Assembly: GCA_034780895.1 (NCBI GenBank)
Contig: JAUZTB010000033.1
Location: forward strand, 42,704,756-42,761,316
Direction: 5' to 3'
DNA from: Rhynchobatus australiae
Lineage: Eukaryota
DNA: 56,561 nucleotides
Positions 12,850 through 24,856 of this stretch are shown piece by piece. Each line of letters opens with the position of its first letter. Position 1 is the first letter of the stretch. A program made the position numbers and the translations under genes. A model generated the notes under the pieces. It searched no databases, had not been told where the DNA came from, and was given only the letters and a program-made list of their open reading frames with translations.

Positions 12850-14185
12850 CAGCCGTTGATCCCTCTACCCTTGCGAACAATCCCACAATTTCCAACCCTC
12901 CTTTCCTCTCCTGAGTCCTTGGCCACATTGTAACCTCCTAAACGTGTGCCTGTTGTCCTGGGACTCAGTTTGAAGCTTTCGTCTGAGGTGCCTGGCCCTA
13001 CTGCAGTTGTAAAACAGCTTTTATTGAAGTTCCTATTGATGTCCTTTGTAGTAAGTCTCTTCCCCCTCATCTGTTTCAACCATTTGGCAGTATTTGACAT
13101 ATCTGTCCACACATTGTCGTCTTGCACCTGTTCGATGGCATCTAACTGAGTGAAACATGATGTTCTATTTTTACCCATCAATGCGTAGCCAGAAAATCAT
13201 CTGCAGTTGCATCTCTTTATGTACCCATAGCGTTGCCTCTGCTCTCCCCTATAGGCAAATGAGAAATAGGAGGAGGTGGGAATGGACCGTCTTACCCCCT
13301 CTCCTCCTTTCAATTCTACAGTCTGCCCTTTGATAGCATCAATGAAAACAGCGCGTTTCCACGTGCAGCGCAAAGACCTTCACTTCCACCTCGCCTCCAT
13401 TTCCCTTCACCCCTAAGCTGTCTCGAAGTTCTTTGAGTGCTGTTCCAACGGACAGAATTGGTAGAGCAAAACTAGTGAAATGCCGGAAAAGCCGGTGATT
13501 GTCTTTTGCCCCCGTCACAGATGCCATTCTCGAGCCACTGCCCACGCTTCTCCCTGGCATCTGTTTGAAACTGAACCAGACTGTTTGCAACCTTGATTTC
13601 CTCTCTGATCCCAAGAAGAGTTTTGCAGGCATTGCAAGCAGCATCGATTTGCACCTGTGCAACATCGGCCCACTCTGACCACGTCTCAGCTCACCTTTGA
13701 AAACCTAGTCAATTCTATCCTTGTCTATTTTAACACACACCTGGTTGCCCTTCATTATCTCAACACTTTGTAAAAATCTGAGGTCCTCCAAAACTTTGAG
13801 GTCTTCACCCTGACTTCCACCAAGTTCCCGTTCTGTGTTTACTGCGCTGCTGATCAGCTAGTCCGTGTCTAGATTTTACAATTCACATCCCAGTTATCAG
13901 ATGATTGCATTGTCTTGCCCTTTATCTATCTCTGTAATCTCCTCCAACTCTCAGATCTTTGTACTCTTCCAGCAATGCGCCCTTAAAAGTTACCGACTTT
14001 AATCACTCCACCACACGCAGCTGAACCTTGAGATGCCGAGGCCCAAAGGTCTGTAATTCTCTCTACGACCCTCCTATATCTTCTACCTCCAGCTTGTGTG
14101 GCTTGCAATGGACTTCTGTTCAATGATACTCTTGTGGCGATTCAGAACATTTTGCAATATTAAAAATGCTGTGTGAATGCAAGAT
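12850..14185 (+). mobile_element. Decayed L2-type LINE RT and 3' region
   Basis: C/T-rich strand bias, a degenerate (L)xAVFDxxxH RT motif near 13085, ctgaaccagactgtttgcaacctt block, and a 3' tail ..tgctgtgtgaatgcaagatattatt typical of L2. Confidence 0.65.
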
Positions 14186-15699
14186 ATTATTCTCACAGTA
14201 AAAGTCATGCAATAATCTGGCCAGAGCTTAAGCAATCCCCATTTATCATTTCCGCAAGTAAAACTATTGACAATTTATCGAGCCATCGGTTGGCTTATTG
14301 ATGCCTTTTGAAGATGGTAAAAATTACTTGGGTCTTTATAGCATTTTAAACATAAGAAATTATATGCAGGCCTTTGAGGAAGAAAGAAATTGTTCACCTC
14401 GTGAGAGAATAAGTAAATGAAAGCCTAGTCCAGGGATGGATTTTAAAGATGGAGAGTAAAATCCAGAGTAATGGGAGGTTCAGTGGGTACGTGGTCTTGT
14501 GTTTTGTTCCTGATATTAAAATGCTGAAGGTAACGTTATAAACGTGAAATAAAATTAATTTTGCAGCAAGTAAGTTGCCTCACCTTCTGAGCAAAGCATA
14601 TCACCAAAAATATAAGTTAAAAAGCTGAATTGTACAATCCTAAAATGTTAAGCAATGAGTAAATTAATCCCATGCTTGGATTTTGTTGTAGATCTCATCA
14701 TTAATATAACATCATTAAATTCGAGGCGCAGTGATCAGATTTATGAAAATATTCCCATGTGTTGTAAACCTATCCACAGCCTCGTACGGTCTGTCACTTG
14801 CATCTGCATGCTTATTTTCAATAGGCACCAACAGAAGAGCATTGTAAATTATAATTACATTTCATATTTGCACTGAAAGCCCATCTCTACTACACCTAAT
14901 TAGTTTAGTTAGGACCAACTGACAGATTGTTCAAGATGTGTTTATGTACAGGGTTATGGGTCACTGCTAATTGCAATAGCACAGTTTTGGCCTTTTGTTA
15001 TGTGGTTTATCTTGTGTGAAGCTCAAATATATTAGTTTTTTTCTTTTTAAAAAAAGACAAACAATAGGTTATGGTAGCATTCAGCTCTGCCATCCTTGGG
15101 GAGTTGAATGCAGACTCAGTCACGTTGCATCGCTCTGGGCAGAAGGACTGTGAAGAAAACTGCTCNNNNNNNNNNNNNNNNNNNNNNNNNNNNNNNNNNN
15201 NNNNNNNNNNNNNNNNNNNNNNNNNNNNNNNNNNNNNNNNNNNNNNNNNNNNNNNNNNNNNNNNNCACATATAAATCTGTACAGATGATTTCACATTATC
15301 AGAATAATGATGTACATAATTAGCACTTTTATTTGGATATGCACTAAATTGTCATCATGACTGCTACGAGTTGCCGCTATGGCATTTTAATCAGGAGCAG
15401 TTGATACAATCTAGCATTTAAAAAGGTAAATGTTGTTATACTTCTGTTTTTGCCAACTGATTGGATTCAGTTTTTCAGATTAAAAAGCACTCTTCAAGAA
15501 AATGGATGCACGGAAATGCCATCACTTGTTATATCCTTGAGGAGCCAAACTCAAAAACAAAATGCTCTCTGTCTTTTGTACCTCCCACAAAATCATTAAA
15601 TGTTTCAGGCATAATTGCGGAGAGGTGTTTATTGCCTGTTTACAATGGGGGCTGCAGCGATATTCAATGTTTATAGTGTCGAAACTATCTTCGCATCTT

Positions 15700-16110
15700 G
15701 AGGATTTTGACTTTCCGCTACCTACCATTTCTTTCAATGCAAGATACTCAGAGCATCGACCCCTGAAAGCTGAGGACATGAAACACTTTCTCCTCCCTTT
15801 TCCCTTCCATCCCCCAGGACTACGTTCAGTTCAGAGTTTTGCATGTGTAATTCTCCATCTTGGGAAGACCAAATGCAGATGGAGAATTGCCTTACCGATC
15901 ATCTCCGTTAAAAGCATGAGGACCAACCCGATCTTTCTGATCTTTTGTCGTTTTAATTTTCTGCACCCTCCCATTCTAAGTTCCTTGTCTTCAGTTTTTA
16001 CATTACACCAATAAAGCTCAACAGAAGTTGGAGGAGCAGTAACTCGGCTTTGCCTTGGGTACTACGTCATCTTCCAGACTCAGCACCGAGTTCAGTGATT
16101 TCAGATCCAA
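15700..16110 (+). mobile_element. Penelope-like element GIY-YIG endonuclease remnant
   Basis: Degenerate ..HLGKTKCR..DHLR.. and aagctcaacagaagttggaggagcag..ttgggtactac..ctcagcaccgagttc (KAQQKLEEQ..LG..). It is homologous to the RKLEEQHLIFHLG piece at 42520. Confidence 0.6.
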
Positions 16111-17329
16111 ATGTGATTGTTTTGTTTCGGATGAGCTCTGGCAGCTCCTGTTAATCTGCCATTGTTTTATATTTTACTTGTCAGATCTGGGAACACTCCA
16201 GATTTGACCAAGATTATCCCTGAGTTTGTTGGAGTTCCTGGGACTTTGCAGTCGATCTGGATTGTTGCAGGTCAAAGAAGCCCGTTCTGAAAGCTGACTG
16301 CATCTGACACTGCGGCTGTATTTGGGCCAAGTTGGAAGTTATGGTATCGATGGTCTCGGGGTCAATTAATTCCAATGGTCCTTGCTAATGCCCCCTTTTG
16401 CCTTGTTCTGTTGTCACATTTGTGACCAGATAACTTTTACCCTAAGACCTTCCCTTTTGTTCTTGCATTCTCTCCTTCACCTTTCGCTGCCTGTGTGTGC
16501 TTCCTTGAGACTTGTTACATGTGTATTATTTTCCAAACACCATACCCTAAACTGTTAACTCTTTCACTCTCGAAAGCTGCTGCCCAAAAGAGATTTCAAG
16601 CATTTTCTGTTTATTTTACCATAGTATGTACATTTCCATGTCGAGCTGGTTGCTGAAGGCAGGCCTTCAACCAATCAGATTCCAAGACAGTCAATTTCAC
16701 GTTGACTGTAAAGCATAATATTCCCTTGCAGGTACAGGAGCTCCTAATCTGAAAAGGTAAGTCCTTAATAGAGATGTCTTGCAAACCTCCGACAGTTTGT
16801 ATAAGAGCAATTACAATTAAGGATCTCCGTTTTAACCTCAGTTTTCTGGTCGGACGTAATGAGCTTAGAATGGTTGATCTTTACAGTCGTTACCTTTATT
16901 AGCTATTTTCTTCACAGTAATTGCAAATATGCCATTTACTTTCACATTAGCACAGACGAAGACGACTATGGGACGTGTGTCTCAAAATAACCCTGATAGC
17001 TGCTGGCATCGTGAGAGCTCAAACGAACACTGTTAGACGTGTGGGCAACTAACTTCTCTCAAAATTAGTTCCGGTACTCTTGGTTCACCAAATGAAATAT
17101 ATTACTTAAAAACAGACTTTTCCAGGACATTGTGTTGTGTGGCGGCACATTTTTGTGCACGGTATAATTCGGTTTCAGTACAAACTAAATGGTAAATTGT
17201 GGACTCAACTGAGAGCTGTACAAAATCTTCAGTCTTCCTTCCTTCCGCTCCCTCTCTGCACTTGGCGTGGTAATAGATGAAGAACTTGGGTATGACTTGT
17301 TCTTGGATCTTCATCTAGCTATGCAGGCA

Positions 17330-18520
17330 GAAGTAGGTCTTCGAAGTACATCAGTTATACCTGGTGTGAAGTCTGGGGCCTGGTGCACTCGATATTAGAA
17401 AAGAATAAAAAGTAAACCAAGATTTTTAAGGCAGAAAGGGGTATATAGTTGATAAATTATCGAGAGGATGAAATGCATAGTCAGAAAGGATTGCGTCGTG
17501 CATCGTAAAAGAAGTTAGGAAAGAGATTGTAGAGACACTGTTCTGTAAATACAAAGGTTCTATTTTTAGAATAAATGATTGGATGGCTAGTGGACAGTTC
17601 ACGTAACTTTGGTATAAAAATGAAATGAAACAATTTCAGAGAAGTGTGGACCAATTAGTTTCACGTTGGTCTACGGGCAAGTTAATTGAGCCTTTAATCA
17701 TAGATGCAATAGAAATTGAAAATATAGATTAAAAAAAAGTCAACATCCATTCCAAGAAGCAACGAGTAATGGAGTGATAAGCGAAAGGGGTGGTGGGATA
17801 ATAAATGTATTAAGTGTTATTTTTGTTTTAATTTGAAAAAAAGCCTTCAATAAAATGCGGGTATATTGACAACTAAGGCCAGATCACGTGGACTTGGGTG
17901 ACGAGTTACAAAATAGAATAAAAGTAGGGATTAGATAGGCAAATGCTAGGTATTGCACTTGGATTGGTGCAGGACTAATGTCATTTAACATTTACATCAG
18001 CAATTTGGATTAAAGAATTATAAATGTAACCTCAAAATATGTGGCTCATTGGCAAATTGGGGAAACTGGTTAATACAGAGGAAGCCTGCAATAAAATGTT
18101 GAATGCCATCAATAAACTTCCAGCATTGGAATATAAAGGCAAATGAGCTTCAGTATAGAAAAATTCGGGATTTTAATAGAAACACCGAAAACCACAAGCT
18201 TCTTGAAACATGAGGATCTAGATAAAACCAAAGAGATATCTGGGGATGGAGATGCGTAGATCACTTAAAGGTGTAATGCAGGTTAATAAGATCATTTTGC
18301 TTAATAACAAATGAATCAAGGGTGATCTTGAAGGTTAGGGGAGTGATACAAGACAGAATCAGTAAAGGGGAAATCAGGGGAAACGATTATTCAAGGTTTG
18401 GGAAGAATGTGGAATTCCTGGCAATAAGGTACAGTTGAAAGAAGCAGCAGAATCGTGTTTAAAAGGAATCGAAATCACAAAATGATTTAGGGAAAGGAAT
18501 TAAAGGATATGTTGTTGAAT
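17330..18520 (+). mobile_element. Very old CR1-like RT remnant
   Basis: A/G-rich strand with residual motifs ttggattggtgcaggactaatgtcatttaacatttacatcagcaatttggat (PxxFNIYIxxLD) and 3' end-like blocks; many stop codons. Confidence 0.5.
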
Positions 18521-18574
18521 TTAGATCAATGGTTCTCAAACCATTCCTTCCCATCAGCACACCACTGTGCCCAG

Positions 18575-18705
18575 GGTTCTGACAAAGGGTCTTCAGACCT
18601 GAAGGGCTAACTCTCATTTCTCTCTCCACAGATACTGGCTAATCTGCTGAGTATTTCCTGCATTTTCTGTTTTTAGTCAGAGTTCCAGCATCCGCAGTCT
18701 TTTTG
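18575..18705 (+). repeat. Penelope-associated terminal repeat unit with degenerate hammerhead core
   Basis: ctgacaaagggtcttcagacctgaaggg followed by ctctccacagatactggctaatctgctgagtatttcctgcattttctgtttttagtcagagttccagcatccgcag. Same family as 23235-23438. Confidence 0.65.
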
Positions 18706-18868
18706 GAATACATTACTCTGGCCCGCAGGGTGACAGATACACAATGTTTTTGAATCGAATGCACTGAATGCAAGTTGTGTGTGTACCCCACAGAACACAT
18801 TGAGAACTGTAAGCGTGTCCCACTCAGGCAAATAGGTGAAGAACCAGAGCGGCGAAATGATGCCTGTG

Positions 18869-19145
18869 AGGTATTGGTATTGGTTTATTATTGTCACTTG
18901 TACCGAGGTACAGTGAAAAACTTGTCTCGCATACCGATCGTACGGGTCAGTTCATTACACAGTGCAGTTACATTGAGATAGTACAGAGTGCATTGATGTG
19001 GTACAGGTAAAAACAATTACAGTACAGAGCAAAGTGTCAAAGCTGCAGAGAACGTGCAGTGCAATAAGGTGCAAGGTCGCAGCAAGGTAGATCGTGAAGT
19101 CATAGTCCATCTCATTGTATAAGGGAACCGTTCAGTAGTCTTATG
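18869..19145 (-). mobile_element. Non-LTR retrotransposon 3' end with (CCAATA)n tail
   Basis: ggtattggtattggtttattattgtcacttgtaccgaggtacagtgaaaaacttg; high similarity to 1906-2121. Confidence 0.75.
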
Positions 19146-20358
19146 GAGAGTGTGAGAAGTGGGATCTGTTGAGCAAAATGGACATTTCCTGTGCTACAAA
19201 CACTTTGTGTGTGTCTCTCCTGGAAAACAACCTTCCAATGACTTACAGCTCTTGTGCATTCCCTATTTCTCTCGCTGCTTCTTTGCAATTGTGTCTCGAC
19301 CTTAATCACCGGTATCACCTGTTATCTCGATACTCTCCTTTGAAGCCCTCCTTAAAACCTCCCTCTTTGACCAAACTTCCAGCCAGCCCTACTAATATAT
19401 TCTTCTCCATCACCCTGTCGGTTTTTGCCTGATTTTAAACTCATGTAATAACGTTCTATGTCAATGGCACTGTGACACTGCAAGTTTCTGTAAATACTGT
19501 TCCTGTGCTGCACTGTTCTATGTTCTACGTGACCTTACTGTAGAAGTTCGGTAGTTTACCGAGCTTCAAGGAGTCGACGAAATAAACGGTGGCAGGAGAA
19601 GTCCCTTGGATTATTGATTATGTCCAGATAAGTGTCGAGTTGGCTCCATCACGTTGCGTTTGAGAATATTTTACTCTCCTCGATATTGCTATCAACGTTT
19701 GTATTAAATCTGTCGTAAAACAGGATAGTCAAGAAAATGTGTCAGGGAATTACTGTTTTCCTTGTTGACGGTTTCAATTCACTCAATTCTTAATTGATTA
19801 TTGGGAGGAGTGGGGGTGGAAAGAGAGAAAAAGAGATTTAATCAGTTTTAGTTAAAAAGTGTGTACAGATGCAAGTCTGACGCATAGCATTAACTTGAGG
19901 ACTCGAATTCATTTCACGTGAAAGGTTTTTGGCTTTCTGGCAACCTAGAGTTTTTTATAATTCAAATACAATTGAAGAAAGGTATCTCTGCTTATCAACT
20001 ACCCACCTTATTTTCCCCAAATATAATGGTGACATTTGTGAATAAACCCAAATGGCAGTAATTATAATGTCTTTTTTTCTCCAAGTCCAGAAAGCCCACT
20101 CCTGTTTCACTTCTAACTCCATATGATTAAAGCTGTTACCAGGAGCACGTACTGTTAAGTGATAATGTAACAAGCGATCATTGTTAACAGTTCATCTAAT
20201 GTACCACTTGTCACATTTCAAACTCCACAAATATCCCTATCTCACTTTCTCTCTCCTATTCTCACAGGTAAGGCATTAAATTAATCTAAGAAGAATAGCA
20301 TATCCAGTAACAACTTTGGAAATTGAAGTTCATCTGAGATAAAATGATCGCAGATTAA

Positions 20359-20485
20359 CAACAGAAAATGCTGGAAATACTCAGCAGGTCAGGCAGCATC
20401 TGTGGAAAGGAAAGCAGAGCAACGTACTGAAATGTTGCTGTATATCTGGCGTTTTATGTTTTTTGAGATTTCCAGCATCCGCAAT
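20359..20485. repeat. Inverted pair of Penelope-associated terminal repeat pieces
   Basis: aacagaaaatgctggaaatactcagcaggtcaggcagcatctgtgga (reverse orientation) followed by ..gagatttccagcatccgca (forward). Confidence 0.65.
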
Positions 20486-23234
20486 TTTTTTTTTCCATTG
20501 AACATAATCAGACCTGTAATCTTTTGATCTGGGAGATAGCTGTTAATAGTATTTTACGAAAGGGTAAGTGATACAAATGAATGAAGCGAATTGTCCCGAT
20601 TACCCCAATGTCTTGAAAAGTGAGTTTGGCAGGATAAGTAATAGAAGAGGAAACCTATTGTATTGAATGATATTGCTTTACACAGGGTGCTACTTCAAAA
20701 GAAGAAATGATGCTAATGTAACACACAGGACAGCAATGGTGATGATGTGAGGACTGTGTTTGGTTATTACGTTAGACAACAGTTAATTTCAGAATACACT
20801 TAATAATGACCAAGTAACAAAAGTAGTACTGATGGGCATAGCTTGTGCGCACAGATTAAAGTGCTGTACAGTGACAATGCGGCCCAAACCCTGAATACTG
20901 GCTGTGCTTAAGAAGCAGACTCTTGAACATGAACACGGCTATTTTACTTGTTCTGTGATTATAAAACATTTATTCTTCAAATTAATACTCGGTCTCTCTG
21001 GGACGACTTTCATGATTCCGTATATCTCGTCTCCAGTGAACTCTGCAAGTAAATTGTTCCCACGCTCATTCTGTACCACAGTATTTCGGATGTGCACAGA
21101 GACAATGTTAGCTTCAATTTATTCTTCAAATGTGTATCCATTAACACTGGCATCACCACCATAATCATTAGGTTATACATTGGATTTTGTGATTTTGTTC
21201 CCATTTCCTCTGCCACTTCCCCCCCCCCCCCCCAGCCAATATTTTTATTTTATCCTTTCTATAATTCCCCACCTAGGCAGCCATTCTTGAAATTTCATCG
21301 TCGGTGCCGCTTGCCTTGGACGACTCACCCCAGGGCTGCTCAGTAAAATATATCACTGAGGCAGGGCATCGTTGTGTAATAGCAGTTGATGTTTCCAAGC
21401 TGCCTTGAAACGATTGCTTTAATATCCTCAGGAGGCAGTGGCCATGCGGTACTGAGAAATGTAAACAGAACTCTCTCTGCAACACTGAGGTGACCTTACC
21501 GTGAGCCAGAATGGCTTTCTTGTGTAGCATTGTTTGTTTCCTTACATTGTTTATTTTTGCTGAAATAATAATGAAAATAAGCAAGTTAGGTACAAATCTT
21601 TCCATTGTAAGGCACTGCTGTAAAATGTTTGTAAAATTCCACAGTCAAGTGCACACGGGTAATTGTTCTTTAACTGCGTGTAACACCAAGTCATTAGTTG
21701 TTATTGTTCAATAACTTTCCTGATTTATAGAACTATGATTGAAAATGAAACCTTAAAGGGGGCAACCTCCCCACCGCGGCACCTCTGAAGACCTTTAATT
21801 GTTCCCCTTGAAGCATTTATTTTTGCTATCTTGTTCATTCCTGATTTTGTTTGTTCACTCAATAGTTTAATTTCTTGAATACTAGTGACATTGTAAGCAG
21901 GAAGCAGCTCGCCCAAAGCGACAGCCAAGCCCATTCGTGAGAGAGATGTAAATCTGTTTATAAGACTGAGGTGACACAAGTGCCAAAAGACTCCATGTAA
22001 GTGTTCCAATCTATTGGCCCTTGTCTCAGAGATAAGGTCATTAAGACAATGCAGTAGTCTGGTACTCCTACCTCGGAGCAAGGCAAATGATCTGAATCAA
22101 GTTGCGAGATCCAGAGGATTTAGTATGTCCTAACATAAAACTAAAATGCTTAAAAAAAACTAGAGGGGAACAACAGTTGCACCTTCGCACCGGCCCCTCA
22201 CTCCCCAGTCCCTCAACGAGAAATCGACTACATTTCTACATGCAGTATATAAAAGGTTCACAATGGAGTTACATGTGCATATGAAGATGTGCAGGGTAAT
22301 CGATCATGCTTAATAACTCAGTAACTGGCTTACGCAGTGGGTTGAGGAAAGAGCCGGCACGGTAGTTGACTTCAGTGAACTCGAACAAGCTTAAAATAAT
22401 TTAAATGTCTGTTCTCAAAGAACTCAGGCCGTTAGGCAGGAAATAAATGAACCTTGCATTTAAAAGAAAAATGATTTGCAGTGCAGTGTAGCCGTAGTTT
22501 TGCATCACAGCGATGTCTTCGTTGTTTTCGATTTGCGGTTCGATTAAAGCCGTTAATGATATGGTGAGGATCAGGACACCTCTAACTCCTGTAAGTAGAG
22601 GAGCCATNNNNNNNNNNNNNNNNNNNNNNNNNNNNNNNNNNNNNNNNNNGAGGAGCCATCGGCCAATCTCCTTAATTGTTTGGGTGGTGTCTTTAACATC
22701 AAGAAATATCTTGGGGTAAAGAGTGTTGTCAAATGTGAGCTTAACAGAAGCCTGGCGGAAGAGTTGACACAGGGAATTGCTGTGTTGGGTCTGGAGAGCT
22801 TGAGCGCTCTCTGGGGTTCAGGTGGAAGGATGGAAATTGGAATGTTTATGAAGCTAGAATTGGAGGGGCGCAAAGATCTTCGAATCATCGTTGCTGGAGG
22901 AAGTTACAGGAAAGTAGGTGAGACCTTGGAGGGACATGAAACAAGCTTCGGAGAATCTACATCTGTCGTCGTCCAGCTGAGAACCAGTGTAGGTCAGTGC
23001 GTGTGAGGGTGTTTGTACAAGTTTGTACGGCGTAGAATTATACAGGAACAGGCCATTCTTGCTGCTGGTGTTTCCACATGGCCGCCTCTTGTGTTTATTT
23101 TATTGCAGACCTTTTTCCCCCCTTTCTTCTCGTGTGCTTGTTAGTCAATTCTACAAGAATCCACTTTCTTTTTGGTAATGCGTTCCATATTCTAACCAGT
23201 CTATGGAAAGAAAAAATTCCTTGTTTCCTTGAGC

Positions 23235-23438
23235 AACACACAAAAAGTGCTCGAGGATCTCAGTGTGTCAGGTAGCCTCCATGCAGGGAAATGAACAGTC
23301 GACCTGGTCCTGATGAAGGGTCTCGGCCCGAAACGTCAACTGTTTACTCCCCTCCGCAGATGCTACCTGACCCGCTGAGTTCCTCCAGCATTTTGTGTGT
23401 GTTGGTCCAGATTTCCAGCATCTGCAGAATCTCTTGTG
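23235..23438 (+). repeat. Palindromic (fold-back) Penelope-associated repeat
   Basis: Arms 23235-23303 and 23335-23403 are imperfect reverse complements with a 31-nt loop; followed by the tail ccagatttccagcatctgcagaatctcttgtg. Confidence 0.85.
23305..23342 (+). ncRNA. Minimal type I hammerhead ribozyme motif (Penelope-type)
   Basis: tggtc-CTGATGA-agggtctcggccc-GAAA-c-GTC-aactg: intact catalytic core, stem II ggg/ccc, palindromic acgt stem III, GUC cleavage triplet at 23335-23337. Stem I is imperfect. Confidence 0.65.
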
Positions 23439-24299
23439 ATTTCATGTTTTCTTATTGGATTTATTAGTAATGATGGTGCATTATAATCTTTGATATCGAC
23501 AACAGATATTTGGGTAAACTGAAATTTATGGAGACTGCGAGGTGATAAGCCGGCTCAGAGGTTGCAGAGCCAGAGGCGGGAATTTCATTGGCTAAAGAGT
23601 TGAGGCAGAGATCAAGTTAGCAGCTGATTTTAGAGTAGTGGAAGTGGGCATCCTGTTTGGTGATGGAGAGAATGAGGCTCAGGTCGGGTTGAAACAAGAA
23701 GCTACGGTTAGACGTTATCTGCGTAAACTTGCAGGAGAGGTGAAACTCGAGGGATGGGGAGCAGAGATTCTGGCAGGAAGCACTTATTTAATTAAACGAT
23801 AACCAATGATGTTTAAGGATAGAGAAAGAAATGGGCACAGCTGTGAAGGTAATGGAACGGCAGATTAAAATTAGGCACAATGAAATAAAGACAAAATTGA
23901 GAGGGCAGAGTACTGTAAGATCTTAAAGACAATTCTTGGAAAAGTCCACAGTTTTCTTTCTGGATCTCCTTGCTGAGTGCATTGCAGGAATACAAGTCTT
24001 GTCGTTAACAAGGTTCATACTTGCCAGCTTGCAGTTTGTACAGCAAGCTTAATTTGAGATACCAGCACAAGTGCAGTGGTTTCTCAACACTCATAGGAAG
24101 AAAACAGCAGGGTCCTGTTTTCGCAAAGTCGCAGGGCAGGGCAGGGCAGTGCTCATCAGCAAGGGATCGGTGCCAGTCCAAACCTCGATGTGCCCTTCAG
24201 TTGCCACAGATTGCTGTGTTCTTGGTGACACTGCAACGATCCTGCATTGAAGCGGCATGGCTCGATGCAAGTTTCAATGGCGGCAATGTTTCCATTCTC

Positions 24300-24856
24300 C
24301 TCTCAACAGCAAGCTTGGTGAGACTACAGCTGGAGCATTGGAAACAAGTTCTCGCGTCACCTAAGAAATGATGTACTTTGGAGGGAGTGCTGTGAAGCTT
24401 CACTTAGGCTGTTTCCATTGTCGGTTGGGGGTGGTGGGAGGGGGATGCGGTTTGCTACGTGAAGAGAGGTTGAGAAGACTGGGACTGAGTTGAGGGGAAC
24501 AAGTGGAAGTCTCATCAAAGCTCGCAACTCGTTAAAGAGATTGGCAGGCAAGATGCGGGGAAGATATTTCCCTTGACTGAGGGGGACAATGTCAGAATAA
24601 AGGGGAAGCCAGTTGAGATTGAGATGAGAAATTTCTTCACTCGGGTGAAGTTTCTATACCACAGAGATCTGTAGAAACTCGGTCATTGGATTTATTCAAA
24701 ACAGAAGTGGATAGATTTCCAGACATTAAGATAACGATCGGGTCTAGGGGTTGTGCTGGAAAATGGAAGCTGAGATAGGGGAGCAATCCTGATCTTGAAT
24801 AGTGGGACGTGCTCAAAAGACCGGATGACCTGTTCCTGCTCATTGTTATGTTCTTG
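24300..24856 (+). mobile_element. CR1 3' fragment
   Basis: gagatgagaaatttcttcactc..ctcggtcattggatttattcaaaacagaagtggatagatttc and tail cctgttcctgctcattgttatgttcttg. Confidence 0.75.

Noticed and set aside
18525-18545. caatggttctcaaac, similar to a hAT terminal inverted repeat (also cagtggtttctcaac near 24075)
   Set aside because: No matching opposite end or 8-bp TSD found.
21219-21233. C15 homopolymer, and G-rich runs near 24426 and 25928 as possible G-quadruplexes
   Set aside because: Simple slippage tracts, two of them inside decayed repeats; no supporting context.
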